This document shows, piece by piece, positions 1 through 8,456 of a stretch of 20,000 bases of DNA (position 1 is the stretch's first letter; every line of letters starts with the position of its first letter). Source of the stretch: an uncultured virus (IMG/VR IMGVR_UViG_3300000868_000017) (lineage: Duplodnaviria; Heunggongvirae; Uroviricota; Caudoviricetes; Thumleimavirales; Hafunaviridae). Location of the stretch: IMG/VR virus record IMGVR_UViG_3300000868_000017. One strand, written 5' to 3'. Made by a program: the position numbers and the translations under genes. The notes under the pieces were generated by a model that saw only the letters and a program-made list of their open reading frames with translations, did not search any database and was not told where the DNA came from.

Positions 1-55
1 CGTGAATGGTACGGTCGTTCCGAACTTCGACGCACTCTCGGAGGCGGCGGAGTGA
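1..55 (+). CDS. 3' end of an upstream CDS (partial, hypothetical)
   Basis: The frame from position 2 reads VNGTVVPNFDALSEAAE* with halophile-like codons and stops at 53-55. Frame 1, open to 126, is an alternative. Confidence 0.35.
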   Translation, partial: VNGTVVPNFDALSEAAE

Positions 56-139
56 TCGACGACCCTTCGAGTTCTCTACTTGCTACTAATTTCATCGAGC
101 GGGGTATCCCTCCCGACGACTTCTAAGAATCATATAGGC

Positions 140-177
140 ATCTTTAAGTCTTAGTTCCACATCTAATAGAGTGAGGA
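140..177 (+). promoter_or_regulatory. Intergenic repeat copy 1, archaeal TATA-type promoter (TTTAAG) upstream of the tRNA
   Basis: ATCTTTAAGTC-N10-ATCTAATAGA-GTGAGGA matches 15315-15352 at 31/38 positions without gaps. Confidence 0.7.
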
Positions 178-203
178 CAAGCACCCGCCCCTCATTTTCT
201 CTT

Positions 204-276
204 GCCGAGGTAGCACAACTGGTAGTGCGACGGATTGTTACTCCGTAGGTTGCAGGTTCGAGTCCTGCCTTCGGCG
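204..276 (+). tRNA. tRNA-Asn (GTT)
   Basis: Cloverleaf read by hand: acceptor GCCGAGG/CTTCGGC, D-arm GCAC/GTGC, anticodon stem ACGGA/TCCGT with loop TTGTTAC (GTT at 237-239), T-arm GCAGG-TTCGAGT-CCTGC, discriminator G276. No CCA is encoded. Confidence 0.93.
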
Positions 277-356
277 TTTCGCTACGACGCAAACACAATG
301 TCGTAGCCTGAGCTGAACCGACTGACGAGCAAACCAGAGAAACCTATACAGCAATA

Positions 357-1304
357 ATGAGCCTGTTCTCCACCGACTACAACAGCGGCGGCAACACCAA
401 CAACCAGAGCGGCGCGGACGGCGACTTCGAGGAGCGCATCTCCCTGAAGATGAACAACTACGCCTTCATCGAGTTCTCGATCTCGCGGCTCGGTGAATAC
501 ACCGGGTCGTCCTACGGTCAGTCCCTCATCGTGGACGCCGACGACGTGAAGGTGATCGACGGCATCGTGATGGAGCGGTCGCCGGGCGACGACTCCGACG
601 ACACCCTCAAAGTGTTCGGGTGGGATACGTGGTTCGCCACCGACGACAACGGCGCTCCCACCGAGGATGTGGGCGCTGACGAAGTTCCCTCCCGACACAA
701 CGAGCAGTTCGGTAGCAACAACTTCACGTACAAGCTTCAGGAGGCCGTGCGTGAGGGCGACGACCCGGTGAGCCTCGGCAACTGCACGCTGTGGCTCTCG
801 AACGGGACGAAGAACCGTACCTTCGCCAAGGTCATCACGCCCGCTGGTCACGATGTGGTTGACGACAAGGACGACAACTACAACTGGCTGAACGAGGACG
901 CCATCGAACTGCGCGACGACCTCGAAGGGCGGCGCATCATCCTCTCCTACTACAAGGACGGCTTCCTCCCCGACGACGCGGAGAGCGAGGACGACTACGT
1001 GGAATACACGGACGCGAAGGTTCTCGACGCCGAGACGTTCGCCGGTATCACTATCGCCAACAACGGCGGTGGCTCGTCGGACGACGACGCCGAGGAGTCC
1101 TCGGGTGGTTCGCTCGGCGGCGGTAACGCTACCGACGAGGAGCTTCCTGAGGGTGTCCCGCAGGCCGCTGACCAGATCATCGACTTCATGGCAAACACGG
1201 GTGAGACGACGCCGGAGAACGTCGAACAGCTCGTCGACGGTGAGGTTGGTGACGCCGAGTACGACCTCGATGCGGTGATTGGCGAGATCGAGCGCCGGAT
1301 GTAG
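357..1304 (+). CDS. Hypothetical very acidic protein (possible ssDNA-binding or recombination protein)
   Basis: 315 aa ORF with strongly biased codons, a beta-rich N-terminal part and an acidic low-complexity linker. It is the first gene of the replication block. The function is an inference only. Confidence 0.8.
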   Translation: MSLFSTDYNSGGNTNNQSGADGDFEERISLKMNNYAFIEFSISRLGEYTGSSYGQSLIVDADDVKVIDGIVMERSPGDDSDDTLKVFGWDTWFATDDNGAPTEDVGADEVPSRHNEQFGSNNFTYKLQEAVREGDDPVSLGNCTLWLSNGTKNRTFAKVITPAGHDVVDDKDDNYNWLNEDAIELRDDLEGRRIILSYYKDGFLPDDAESEDDYVEYTDAKVLDAETFAGITIANNGGGSSDDDAEESSGGSLGGGNATDEELPEGVPQAADQIIDFMANTGETTPENVEQLVDGEVGDAEYDLDAVIGEIERRM

Positions 1305-1350
1305 ACACTCTTGGCGTAAAGACTCGGACGGACAACGTTAACTCATACAT

Positions 1351-1581
1351 ATGGACAAGGACGAAGCCAAGCAGTACGTGACGGAGGTACAGGTCGGAGC
1401 AGACAAGAAGAAACAGTTGGGTCAGTACGAACCGGCGACTGCCCACACGTTCCTCACCGCCGAGGTTCCCGCCGACGAAGACGTGGACGAGGTAATCGAG
1501 GCGCTGGAAGACCTCGCGTGGGAATCCACCGAGAGGAGCATCATGGAGCGGTGGGAGAAGCACGTCCGAAAGGACGAGTAG
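1351..1581 (+). CDS. Hypothetical protein
   Basis: 76 aa acidic ORF with typical codon usage, followed by a CTGTTTT tract. Confidence 0.75.
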   Translation: MDKDEAKQYVTEVQVGADKKKQLGQYEPATAHTFLTAEVPADEDVDEVIEALEDLAWESTERSIMERWEKHVRKDE

Positions 1582-1682
1582 GCTCTGTTTTCCCGCTCGA
1601 TGAAGTAGTATAGCAACCGGACTCAGGACATGAAATAGGCGTATGCAACGCAGTCCGTGAGACGACCTCGATTCCTCAATTA

Positions 1683-3149
1683 ATGGAAGACACCTACATT
1701 CCGAACCTGTACGATCTCACCCTGATGAAAGAGGACTTCGGCCTGATGGGGGAAGAAGACACCCTTCAGACCGTATTCCTCTCGTGGTTCAACGGGGGGT
1801 TCGTCGCTATGACCGGCCTCTCTCGGGGAGGTAAGGACATGGTGGTGGACGCGGCGGACTACTGCACGAAGGGCGACTTCGTGTTCAAGGTTCCCGACTC
1901 CACCTCGAAGACTGACCTCTACATGAAGGAAGACCAGATGAACTCGGCCCGTGTCCACCGTTACCCGGACATTGCGACCCTTCAAGACAAACAGCACTTG
2001 GAGGAGATTATGAAGCGCCACGGGGAGGGTAAGTCGGCTACTCACTCCCGCGCTCTCGGCACGAGCGGCCAAACAGAGTCGTTCGAGCTGAAGCCCCCGG
2101 ACGCTTTCGTTCTGTTCGTCGCTTCGGACAACGAGCAGGTCGATCTCAACGACTACCCCGAACTACGAAACCGGGCGCTGGTCGTCTCGATTGACGCTTC
2201 CGAGGAGCTGACCAAGAAGGTGAACCGGCGACAGGCCCGACAGGAAGCTGGCCTCGTCGAGTATAACTTCACCGAGGATGAGCGAGAGGAGATTCGGAGT
2301 TACGTCTCCGGCATCCCGGTCAAGATGTTCGCTTCCGACGAAGGCCCGAACGGTGGGACGCTGAACCCGGTGTCGGTGGCTCTGAACAACCAGAACCCGC
2401 TCCCTCAGCATTTCACCGAGGCCCGACAGGACTTCCCTCGCCTGCTGGACTTCTGCCGGTCGGTGGCTTTGTTCCACTACAAAGACCGGATGACGCCCGC
2501 GCTCCCCGACCGGAAGGAGACGGCGACTCTCCTAATCACGCCCGCCGACGTGTGGTACGCTATGCGGATTTTCGGTGAGCAGATGATTCTCTCCGCGCTC
2601 AACCTGCGGGAGATCGACTTCGAGATGCTGTCGATGCTTCGGGACACGAACGACGGGTACTCGAAGGCAGAGATTCAGATGGAGATGCGCGACCGTGGCT
2701 TCAACATCACGAACCGCGACGTTCACTCCGCGCTGAACAATATGCTCACGAAGGGCTACGTGCGGAAAGACCAGAGTGAGAACCCCGTGATGTGGAAGGC
2801 GTCCGAGTTCGCGGCTCAAGCCCGCCGGGACGTGACCCTCAACTGGGAGGAGATGATCGAGGACACGAAGGAAACCGCTCGGCAGGCCCTCCCCGACGAT
2901 ATTGCGGAGGAATACATCGAGCGGTACTGCGAAGGCGACGGCCTGTTCGTGACCCATCCTTTCACCGGGGAGAAGCTGAACATCACGAAGCAGAACATCC
3001 TCGAAGACAAAGTAGAGGAGGCCGAGAGCGCCGAGGAAGACGTCTTCGGTCAGTCGCTCTACGGTGGCGACAACTCCGACGACTCCGAGGCCGAAGTCGA
3101 TGCCGACGCCGACGCCGAGGAAGCCTTCGCTGGCGGGACTCTCGGATGA
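1683..3149 (+). CDS. MCM-like AAA+ ATPase/helicase with C-terminal winged helix
   Basis: P-loop GLSRGGKD, arginine-finger-like ELRNR, sensor-2-like ARQDFPRLLDFCRSVA, and a wHTH-like tail (SKAEIQ...VHSALNNMLTKGYV). It sits next to the primase. Confidence 0.7.
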   Translation: MEDTYIPNLYDLTLMKEDFGLMGEEDTLQTVFLSWFNGGFVAMTGLSRGGKDMVVDAADYCTKGDFVFKVPDSTSKTDLYMKEDQMNSARVHRYPDIATLQDKQHLEEIMKRHGEGKSATHSRALGTSGQTESFELKPPDAFVLFVASDNEQVDLNDYPELRNRALVVSIDASEELTKKVNRRQARQEAGLVEYNFTEDEREEIRSYVSGIPVKMFASDEGPNGGTLNPVSVALNNQNPLPQHFTEARQDFPRLLDFCRSVALFHYKDRMTPALPDRKETATLLITPADVWYAMRIFGEQMILSALNLREIDFEMLSMLRDTNDGYSKAEIQMEMRDRGFNITNRDVHSALNNMLTKGYVRKDQSENPVMWKASEFAAQARRDVTLNWEEMIEDTKETARQALPDDIAEEYIERYCEGDGLFVTHPFTGEKLNITKQNILEDKVEEAESAEEDVFGQSLYGGDNSDDSEAEVDADADAEEAFAGGTLG

Positions 3150-3262
3150 ACGGGCGTTGGACGTGCCGGTGCTGTGAAACCAGTACGGGCGGCCTCTCCG
3201 AATACTGCCCCGACTGTCAGAGCGCGGGTTGTACCAGCTTCGCCACGAGGTGTACCGAATGA
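3146..3262 (+). CDS. Small CxxC zinc-finger protein (38 aa)
   Basis: MNGRWTCRCCETSTGGLSEYCPDCQSAGCTSFATRCTE*, with an ATGA overlap on the upstream stop. Confidence 0.6.
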   Translation: MNGRWTCRCCETSTGGLSEYCPDCQSAGCTSFATRCTE

Positions 3263-3274
3263 CCACACTCACAC

Positions 3275-4513
3275 ATGGGAAATCACGAGAAGCTTCTATG
3301 GGAAGCATCGAAAGTATGGTGTCCCGACGTGGGGCCGAACGCTCCCCGTCAGGCGAGTACCCGGTTCAAGATTCAGGAACCGGCGAATAATCGAGTAGAA
3401 CTGGTAAGCAACCTTCTGGAAGCCGGTCGTGCTGGAAAGGCAGGCTACGTGTCTGTTTACTCCTTCCCTCGGGGTCACACCGACGACGGTGACAACATCC
3501 CGAAGATTGACACAATCTTCATCGACTTCGATATTCCGAAAGACTCGGAATACCGCGAACGGAACCGAACCCTCGATGCGTGGAAACGCTCGATGAGTGA
3601 CCTTCTGATTCGCGTTCAGCTCGTCGCTGAGGCGATCATCGAGGGAGGGAAACAAGACCATTGGCGAGCGTCCCTGTCCGGCCACAAGGGAATCCACCTG
3701 TTCTTCGACTTCGAGGAAGTGGACGTATCGAACGGCTCCTACACGCAGTTCAAGCGTGGTCTTGAGCGGTACGGCGACCAGATGATAGAACAACTGGACG
3801 AGATCGCGGGCGGAGTTAACATCGGCCCGTGGGTGGACGTTGACTCAAGCGACCTCGCTCGTCTCGTCCGGCATCCGAACACGCCTCATCCCGGTGCGGA
3901 GCATCGAGATGAAACGAGTTGGTGCGTCCCGGTGGGCATCGAAGAACTGGTAGACCTCACTCCCGAGGAATACCTGAAACTTACCAGCGGCCCCCGGCCC
4001 GTGCCCTACAAGGAGCGAACCCCCTCGAAGTACGGACGCCGGGAGGTCGCCCTCGAAGTACGGAACGCCAGCGGTGGCGACAACACGTACAGCGAGCGCC
4101 GCCGGTCGGTGAAAGACCCGAAGGCGGTGAAACGCTACACGGGGGAAGCGAACGACCGAATCAAGGTCAGCGATATTCCGCTTCTCGTTGCGAACAAGCC
4201 CTGTATTATGGAGTTCGTCAAGCGCGACGACTCCTACGGTTACGGCTCCGAGAGTCGCGTGATGGAAATTAACGTGATGAAGGAGCTGATTCAGAAGAAA
4301 GTCCCCATCGACGTGATCGTGAACTTCTTTCGCCCCATCGAGGGGTTCAACGAGTCCACGACGCGCTCGCTTGTTGAAGACCTAATCACCCGATACGAAG
4401 GGCCGTTTGTCTGCAAGAACGTTTGGGATGCGGGCGGCGAGTTCTGCGTTGGAATGAACGACCTCTCGGACGAATCCTGTCGAATCTACGACGAAGAATA
4501 CGTACCTACATGA
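3275..4513 (+). CDS. Archaeo-eukaryotic primase (AEP) with C-terminal Cys-rich domain
   Basis: Motif I IFIDFD, motif II SGHKGIH, motif III D...RLVRHPNT, and four C-terminal Cys (KPCI...VCKN...FCV...SCR). Confidence 0.85.
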   Translation: MGNHEKLLWEASKVWCPDVGPNAPRQASTRFKIQEPANNRVELVSNLLEAGRAGKAGYVSVYSFPRGHTDDGDNIPKIDTIFIDFDIPKDSEYRERNRTLDAWKRSMSDLLIRVQLVAEAIIEGGKQDHWRASLSGHKGIHLFFDFEEVDVSNGSYTQFKRGLERYGDQMIEQLDEIAGGVNIGPWVDVDSSDLARLVRHPNTPHPGAEHRDETSWCVPVGIEELVDLTPEEYLKLTSGPRPVPYKERTPSKYGRREVALEVRNASGGDNTYSERRRSVKDPKAVKRYTGEANDRIKVSDIPLLVANKPCIMEFVKRDDSYGYGSESRVMEINVMKELIQKKVPIDVIVNFFRPIEGFNESTTRSLVEDLITRYEGPFVCKNVWDAGGEFCVGMNDLSDESCRIYDEEYVPT

Positions 4514-5691
4514 ACTACGAACAGAACCTCACACCGACCGAACTGGAAATCATCGACTATCTGCCTGCGACCTACTCTGCTCTCTCCGAGGAGTTTGGGT
4601 TCTCCGAGTCAACGGCCCGCGATCACATCAGCAGTATCGAGCGGAAGGGAGCGCCGCTTGCCAAAAGACGCATTGAGGGTGGGAAGGTCGAAGCGTATAT
4701 GCGGAACGTGGAGAAGGAACATCCCACGAACCAGAACCGGACGACTGAGTACGGTTCCACCACGAAGGCGACGAAGACGAAGCGGCTGAACAATGCCGCC
4801 GGGTCACTCTCCCGACGACTCGATAAGGTGCTGAACGCGACGGAACCCGCTATCAGCGAAGTTCCCCTCTCCGAAGGCGGGGAGGAGGACGTGGTGATTC
4901 ACGTCACGGACGACCACATTGGCGACGTTCTCGAAGACGAGTTTGGGAACGAGGTGTTCAACACCGAAATCGCTCTTGAGCGGATTCGCTACCGGACGAA
5001 GAAGACGCTTGAGCTGGTCGAACGACAGCGGAAGGCCGGGTGGGAGTTCCACACGGTTCACTACCTGATGGGCGGTGACATTATCACCGGCTCCGGTATC
5101 TACCTCGGCCAAGCGTGGGAGATGGAGAAGAACCTGAACGAGCAGATCGACATTGCGACTCAGGCTCACTTCGAGCAGATTCGGATTCTCGCGGAACACT
5201 TCGAGGCTGTTCAGGTCGTGTGTCAGACCGGGAATCACGGCGAGATTCGCATTAGCGGTTCGAGTCAGCAGGCGAACGGGGACGACATCGTGTACCGGAT
5301 GCTCGATGCGATTGTCCGGGCGTCGGAGTACGAGAACATCACCTTCATTCGGAACGACCGGACGGGGTTCACGAACTTCGAGATGCGGGGTCACAAGGCC
5401 CACCTCCGGCACGGGCAGAACGCGGCGGAACACATCGGGACGGCGGCCTCGAAGCGGGATTGGAGAGGCTGGATGCTTCAGCACGACTTCGAGATCGCCT
5501 ACGCCGGGCACTACCACACGCAGGGCGTTGACCGCGTGATGAACGTTCCAGTCATTCGCTCGGGTTCCATCAAGCCGCCGGGTGACTTCGAGGAGTCTAT
5601 CTCCGAGTGGTCGATGCCCGGTGCGACGATTCACGGAGTCTCGGATAGCCTCCCGCTGACGTGGCTCTACGACGTTCAGTATCAGCCGTAA
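4510..5691 (+). CDS. HTH-fused calcineurin-like metallophosphoesterase
   Basis: The start is the ATG at 4510, overlapping the primase stop. N-terminal HTH (YSALSEEFGFSESTARDHI), then motifs DDH, GD, GNH, HG and GHYH. Confidence 0.85.
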   Translation: MNYEQNLTPTELEIIDYLPATYSALSEEFGFSESTARDHISSIERKGAPLAKRRIEGGKVEAYMRNVEKEHPTNQNRTTEYGSTTKATKTKRLNNAAGSLSRRLDKVLNATEPAISEVPLSEGGEEDVVIHVTDDHIGDVLEDEFGNEVFNTEIALERIRYRTKKTLELVERQRKAGWEFHTVHYLMGGDIITGSGIYLGQAWEMEKNLNEQIDIATQAHFEQIRILAEHFEAVQVVCQTGNHGEIRISGSSQQANGDDIVYRMLDAIVRASEYENITFIRNDRTGFTNFEMRGHKAHLRHGQNAAEHIGTAASKRDWRGWMLQHDFEIAYAGHYHTQGVDRVMNVPVIRSGSIKPPGDFEESISEWSMPGATIHGVSDSLPLTWLYDVQYQP

Positions 5692-5776
5692 AGACTCGGA
5701 GACTTAACGGTGAGTCTTACGGAAGACTTAAGCAACGTTCTCTGATTCTTAGCAGTACGCAAAAGCAGGACACTAA

Positions 5777-6211
5777 ATGGATACTAAAGACGAGTTCTTC
5801 GGCAAGCCAAGAGCTGACACGGTTAAAATGGAGAGCGGCCCCGGAATCCACGACTACTGGGCGCTCCACAAGTTCGCACTCGAAACCGAGTACGACTGGA
5901 TGCCCACCCACCTCCGCTGTTACCACCCCGGACGGATGATTGACGGCGAGCTGATGGAAGGATACTATGACGAGTTCATTCCTATAGCTCACGACTCCCC
6001 GAGAGGCCGTGTGCTGAAGAAGAAAATCACGGAGGAAACCCTCTACTGCCCGGACTGTGAGGAAGCCGCGAAGAAGATAGACACGGGCGAGCCGGTTTGT
6101 CCCGAGTGCGGTCTTATCTGCGACGACGGGCGACCCACCTACGAGATCGTCAGCGACCCGAAGGCGGCGGGCCGAGTTGACACCCAATCTGGTTACTATG
6201 GAAGCGACTGA
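5777..6211 (+). CDS. Zinc-ribbon protein (TFIIB-type ribbon-like)
   Basis: CPDC...GEPVCPECGLI motif. Confidence 0.7.
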   Translation: MDTKDEFFGKPRADTVKMESGPGIHDYWALHKFALETEYDWMPTHLRCYHPGRMIDGELMEGYYDEFIPIAHDSPRGRVLKKKITEETLYCPDCEEAAKKIDTGEPVCPECGLICDDGRPTYEIVSDPKAAGRVDTQSGYYGSD

Positions 6212-6551
6212 ATCTATCACCGACACGACTGCCGAGTTGAAACGCCTGATGAACGAAACAACCGTGGAGATCGGAGGCGAGGACGAACGCCTCTCTGACC
6301 TCGTGGGCGACATTAAGACGGCTCATCAGGAGCTTGACGCCTACAAGTCGGGGGCACTCAAGCTGAGTAACGCCCTCGATGAGCGGATTCTCATGGCGAA
6401 GGGCGAAGACGACGAACAGCTCGTAGAGATTCTGGAAGGGATGAAGGAGTCTGCTTTCGGCGTTTACCTCAGACTTCAGCGCGGCGACCTCGAACTACTC
6501 GGAGAACGCGACGGCAAGCACTCCGGGTACTTCGCACCGGACGACGAGTAA
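6198..6551 (+). CDS. Hypothetical helical protein
   Basis: ATG at 6198 is in frame with the listed ORF. The product is acidic. Confidence 0.7.
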   Translation: MEATESITDTTAELKRLMNETTVEIGGEDERLSDLVGDIKTAHQELDAYKSGALKLSNALDERILMAKGEDDEQLVEILEGMKESAFGVYLRLQRGDLELLGERDGKHSGYFAPDDE

Positions 6552-6569
6552 CCACGCCCTCCACCACTA

Positions 6570-6956
6570 ATGATGAGCTTCGGCACAGACGGAATCAGCC
6601 ACAACATCCATCTCGCTCAGGTTGACGACGACGGCAACCTCACGAACTTCAAAGAGTACGAGAACGTAGTTGATGTGATGAACCTCCCTGACGGGACGGT
6701 GAAGTTCTACTACGAGAACGGACTCAAGCAGATTCAGGGCGGTCGAATCGTCCGGTCACAAGTTCGAGGCATCAAGGACGCCTTCCGCTACCGTTGTTCG
6801 GAGTGCGGTGACTTCGAGACGGACGTGATCAGCCAACGAGACAGGGGTGAGCAAACCGAGATGGTGTGTCCGGTTTGTGAAGAATCGACCGACCACGCTC
6901 GAATGGATGTGGACGAGATCAAATACGACCGAACACGACATGGACGAAGTGAATAA
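6570..6956 (+). CDS. Hypothetical protein with C-terminal zinc ribbon
   Basis: CSECG...CPVC motifs. Confidence 0.7.
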   Translation: MMSFGTDGISHNIHLAQVDDDGNLTNFKEYENVVDVMNLPDGTVKFYYENGLKQIQGGRIVRSQVRGIKDAFRYRCSECGDFETDVISQRDRGEQTEMVCPVCEESTDHARMDVDEIKYDRTRHGRSE

Positions 6957-7224
6957 CGGGAGACTGCTCGAAGAAGCGGCTGAAATCATCGAGGGGCGTT
7001 CGGAAACCCACGGCGCTCCCGAAGACTCCTTCCAACGAATCGCTCACTACTGGAACGCATACTTCATCAACACCGGAATCCCCGACCCGAACATCACCCC
7101 GTCCGACGTGGCGGATATGATGGCGCTGTTCAAACTCGCACGGGCACAGGGCGGGGATTACCACGAAGATGATTACCGTGACCGCCTCGGCTACGTCAAC
7201 CTCGCCAGCAACTTGCGACGATGA
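6940..7224 (+). CDS. DUF6378-like phage protein
   Basis: The pattern LEEAAEII.GR...HG.PEDSF.RIA.YW...DVA.MM.L.KLAR...D..D..GY was recognised from memory. ATG at 6940. Confidence 0.7.
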   Translation: MDEVNNGRLLEEAAEIIEGRSETHGAPEDSFQRIAHYWNAYFINTGIPDPNITPSDVADMMALFKLARAQGGDYHEDDYRDRLGYVNLASNLRR

Positions 7225-7382
7225 CAGAAGAAGACCAAGACCTACACGACGAGATCGACGCGCTCGCACTCGAAATCGAGCGGTCACTACGGTTGGCAAA
7301 AGAACGAAACAAGAAGTGGAAGGGAGTGTTCGACCCCGAACCCCGCGAGATGAAAGCCCAAGCGGAGGCCCTGTTCTCGTGA
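7221..7382 (+). CDS. Hypothetical protein (53 aa)
   Basis: MTEEDQDLHDEIDALALEIERS..., with an ATGA overlap upstream and a GTGA overlap downstream. Confidence 0.6.
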   Translation: MTEEDQDLHDEIDALALEIERSLRLAKERNKKWKGVFDPEPREMKAQAEALFS

Positions 7383-7567
7383 GCGTCGGACTTCCACCAG
7401 AGACGAAGGATATTCTGATGGACATTCTTCGTCGAGCCGCTTCGCAGGACAGAGCGGTAATCGAGTTCAAGAAGCGCGACGGTGAGCTTCACGCGATGGA
7501 CATAACGGAACACGTCGCCGTCCTCGAAGATGAGTACGAACAGCAAGACCACGGACAAACCGACTGA
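7379..7567 (+). CDS. Hypothetical protein (62 aa)
   Basis: GTG start overlapping the previous stop. This is the acidic C-terminal part of listed ORF 7169-7567. Confidence 0.55.
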   Translation: MSVGLPPETKDILMDILRRAASQDRAVIEFKKRDGELHAMDITEHVAVLEDEYEQQDHGQTD

Positions 7568-8456
7568 AGGAGGTAGGGATTTTCAAAACAAGGCGCACTA
7601 CGAATCCGGTAACGACGAACGCGGCACTCCTGTTGAACTCGCTCGCCAATTGAAGCGAGCGAACGGCGGACGATTCGACCTCGACCCCTGTTCTGGATGT
7701 GAACCCGAACCCATCGGACGGGAGCGATTCACGATAGAAGACGACGGCCTCGCTCAGCGGTGGTTCGGCTCGGTCTGGATGAACCCACCGTACTCCGATA
7801 TTGAGGACTGGATGAAGAAGGCCAGCACCGAGGCTCAGCGCGACGACGTGGACTACGTTCTCTGTTTGGTTCCGAACCGAACGAGTACGCAATGGTTCCA
7901 CAAATACGCGGTCGAAGCCGAGGTGTTCTGCGTTATCGAGGGCCGCCTCAAGTTCGAGCATACGGACGGGTCGGCTCCCTTCCCGAGCGCGATCTTCGCC
8001 TATGGGGAAGTTCCCGACGACGTGATGGACGTTCTCCACCACCGGGGGGCGGTCTACCACATCGAGGAGGGGGACGACGGCCAGCAAGTCCGTCTGATGG
8101 AATGGGCCGACGACGTGGAAGAACCAGAGGAGGACAACTCCATCGTCGTCTCTCAGTCCGAGTGCCAGCCGCTCAAGAGCGTCAACCTACACGACCGGCT
8201 CACGCTCCACATCAACGACAAAACGCTCGGAGCGCCCGATCACCTCGATGCGGTAGCGACGGTGGAAATCCTCGCCGGTCAGGTACGGAACGGTCAGCAG
8301 GAACTTCTCACGCAGATTCCCCAAGACGACCGAGACGGGACGTGGTATATGCTCTCTTACCCGGTGTTCGGTGACGGCTCGGTGTACGCCGCCGTCGAAG
8401 AACCGGGGAGTGGGTGGTACGACGTGATTCTCGAAAAAGTAGAAATCAATGAGTAA
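7530..8456 (+). CDS. Phage-type DNA N6-adenine methyltransferase (Dam-like family) with C-terminal extension
   Basis: TP...FDLDPC, DGL...W, NPPYS, LVP.RTSTQWFH, GRLKF and APFPS motifs. Confidence 0.88.
   Translation: MSTNSKTTDKPTEGGRDFQNKAHYESGNDERGTPVELARQLKRANGGRFDLDPCSGCEPEPIGRERFTIEDDGLAQRWFGSVWMNPPYSDIEDWMKKASTEAQRDDVDYVLCLVPNRTSTQWFHKYAVEAEVFCVIEGRLKFEHTDGSAPFPSAIFAYGEVPDDVMDVLHHRGAVYHIEEGDDGQQVRLMEWADDVEEPEEDNSIVVSQSECQPLKSVNLHDRLTLHINDKTLGAPDHLDAVATVEILAGQVRNGQQELLTQIPQDDRDGTWYMLSYPVFGDGSVYAAVEEPGSGWYDVILEKVEINE

Noticed and set aside
3532..3552. 8-bp inverted repeat in the primase gene containing AAAGACTCGGA
   Set aside because: It lies inside coding sequence and only partly matches the 14-mer motif, so it is plausibly chance.
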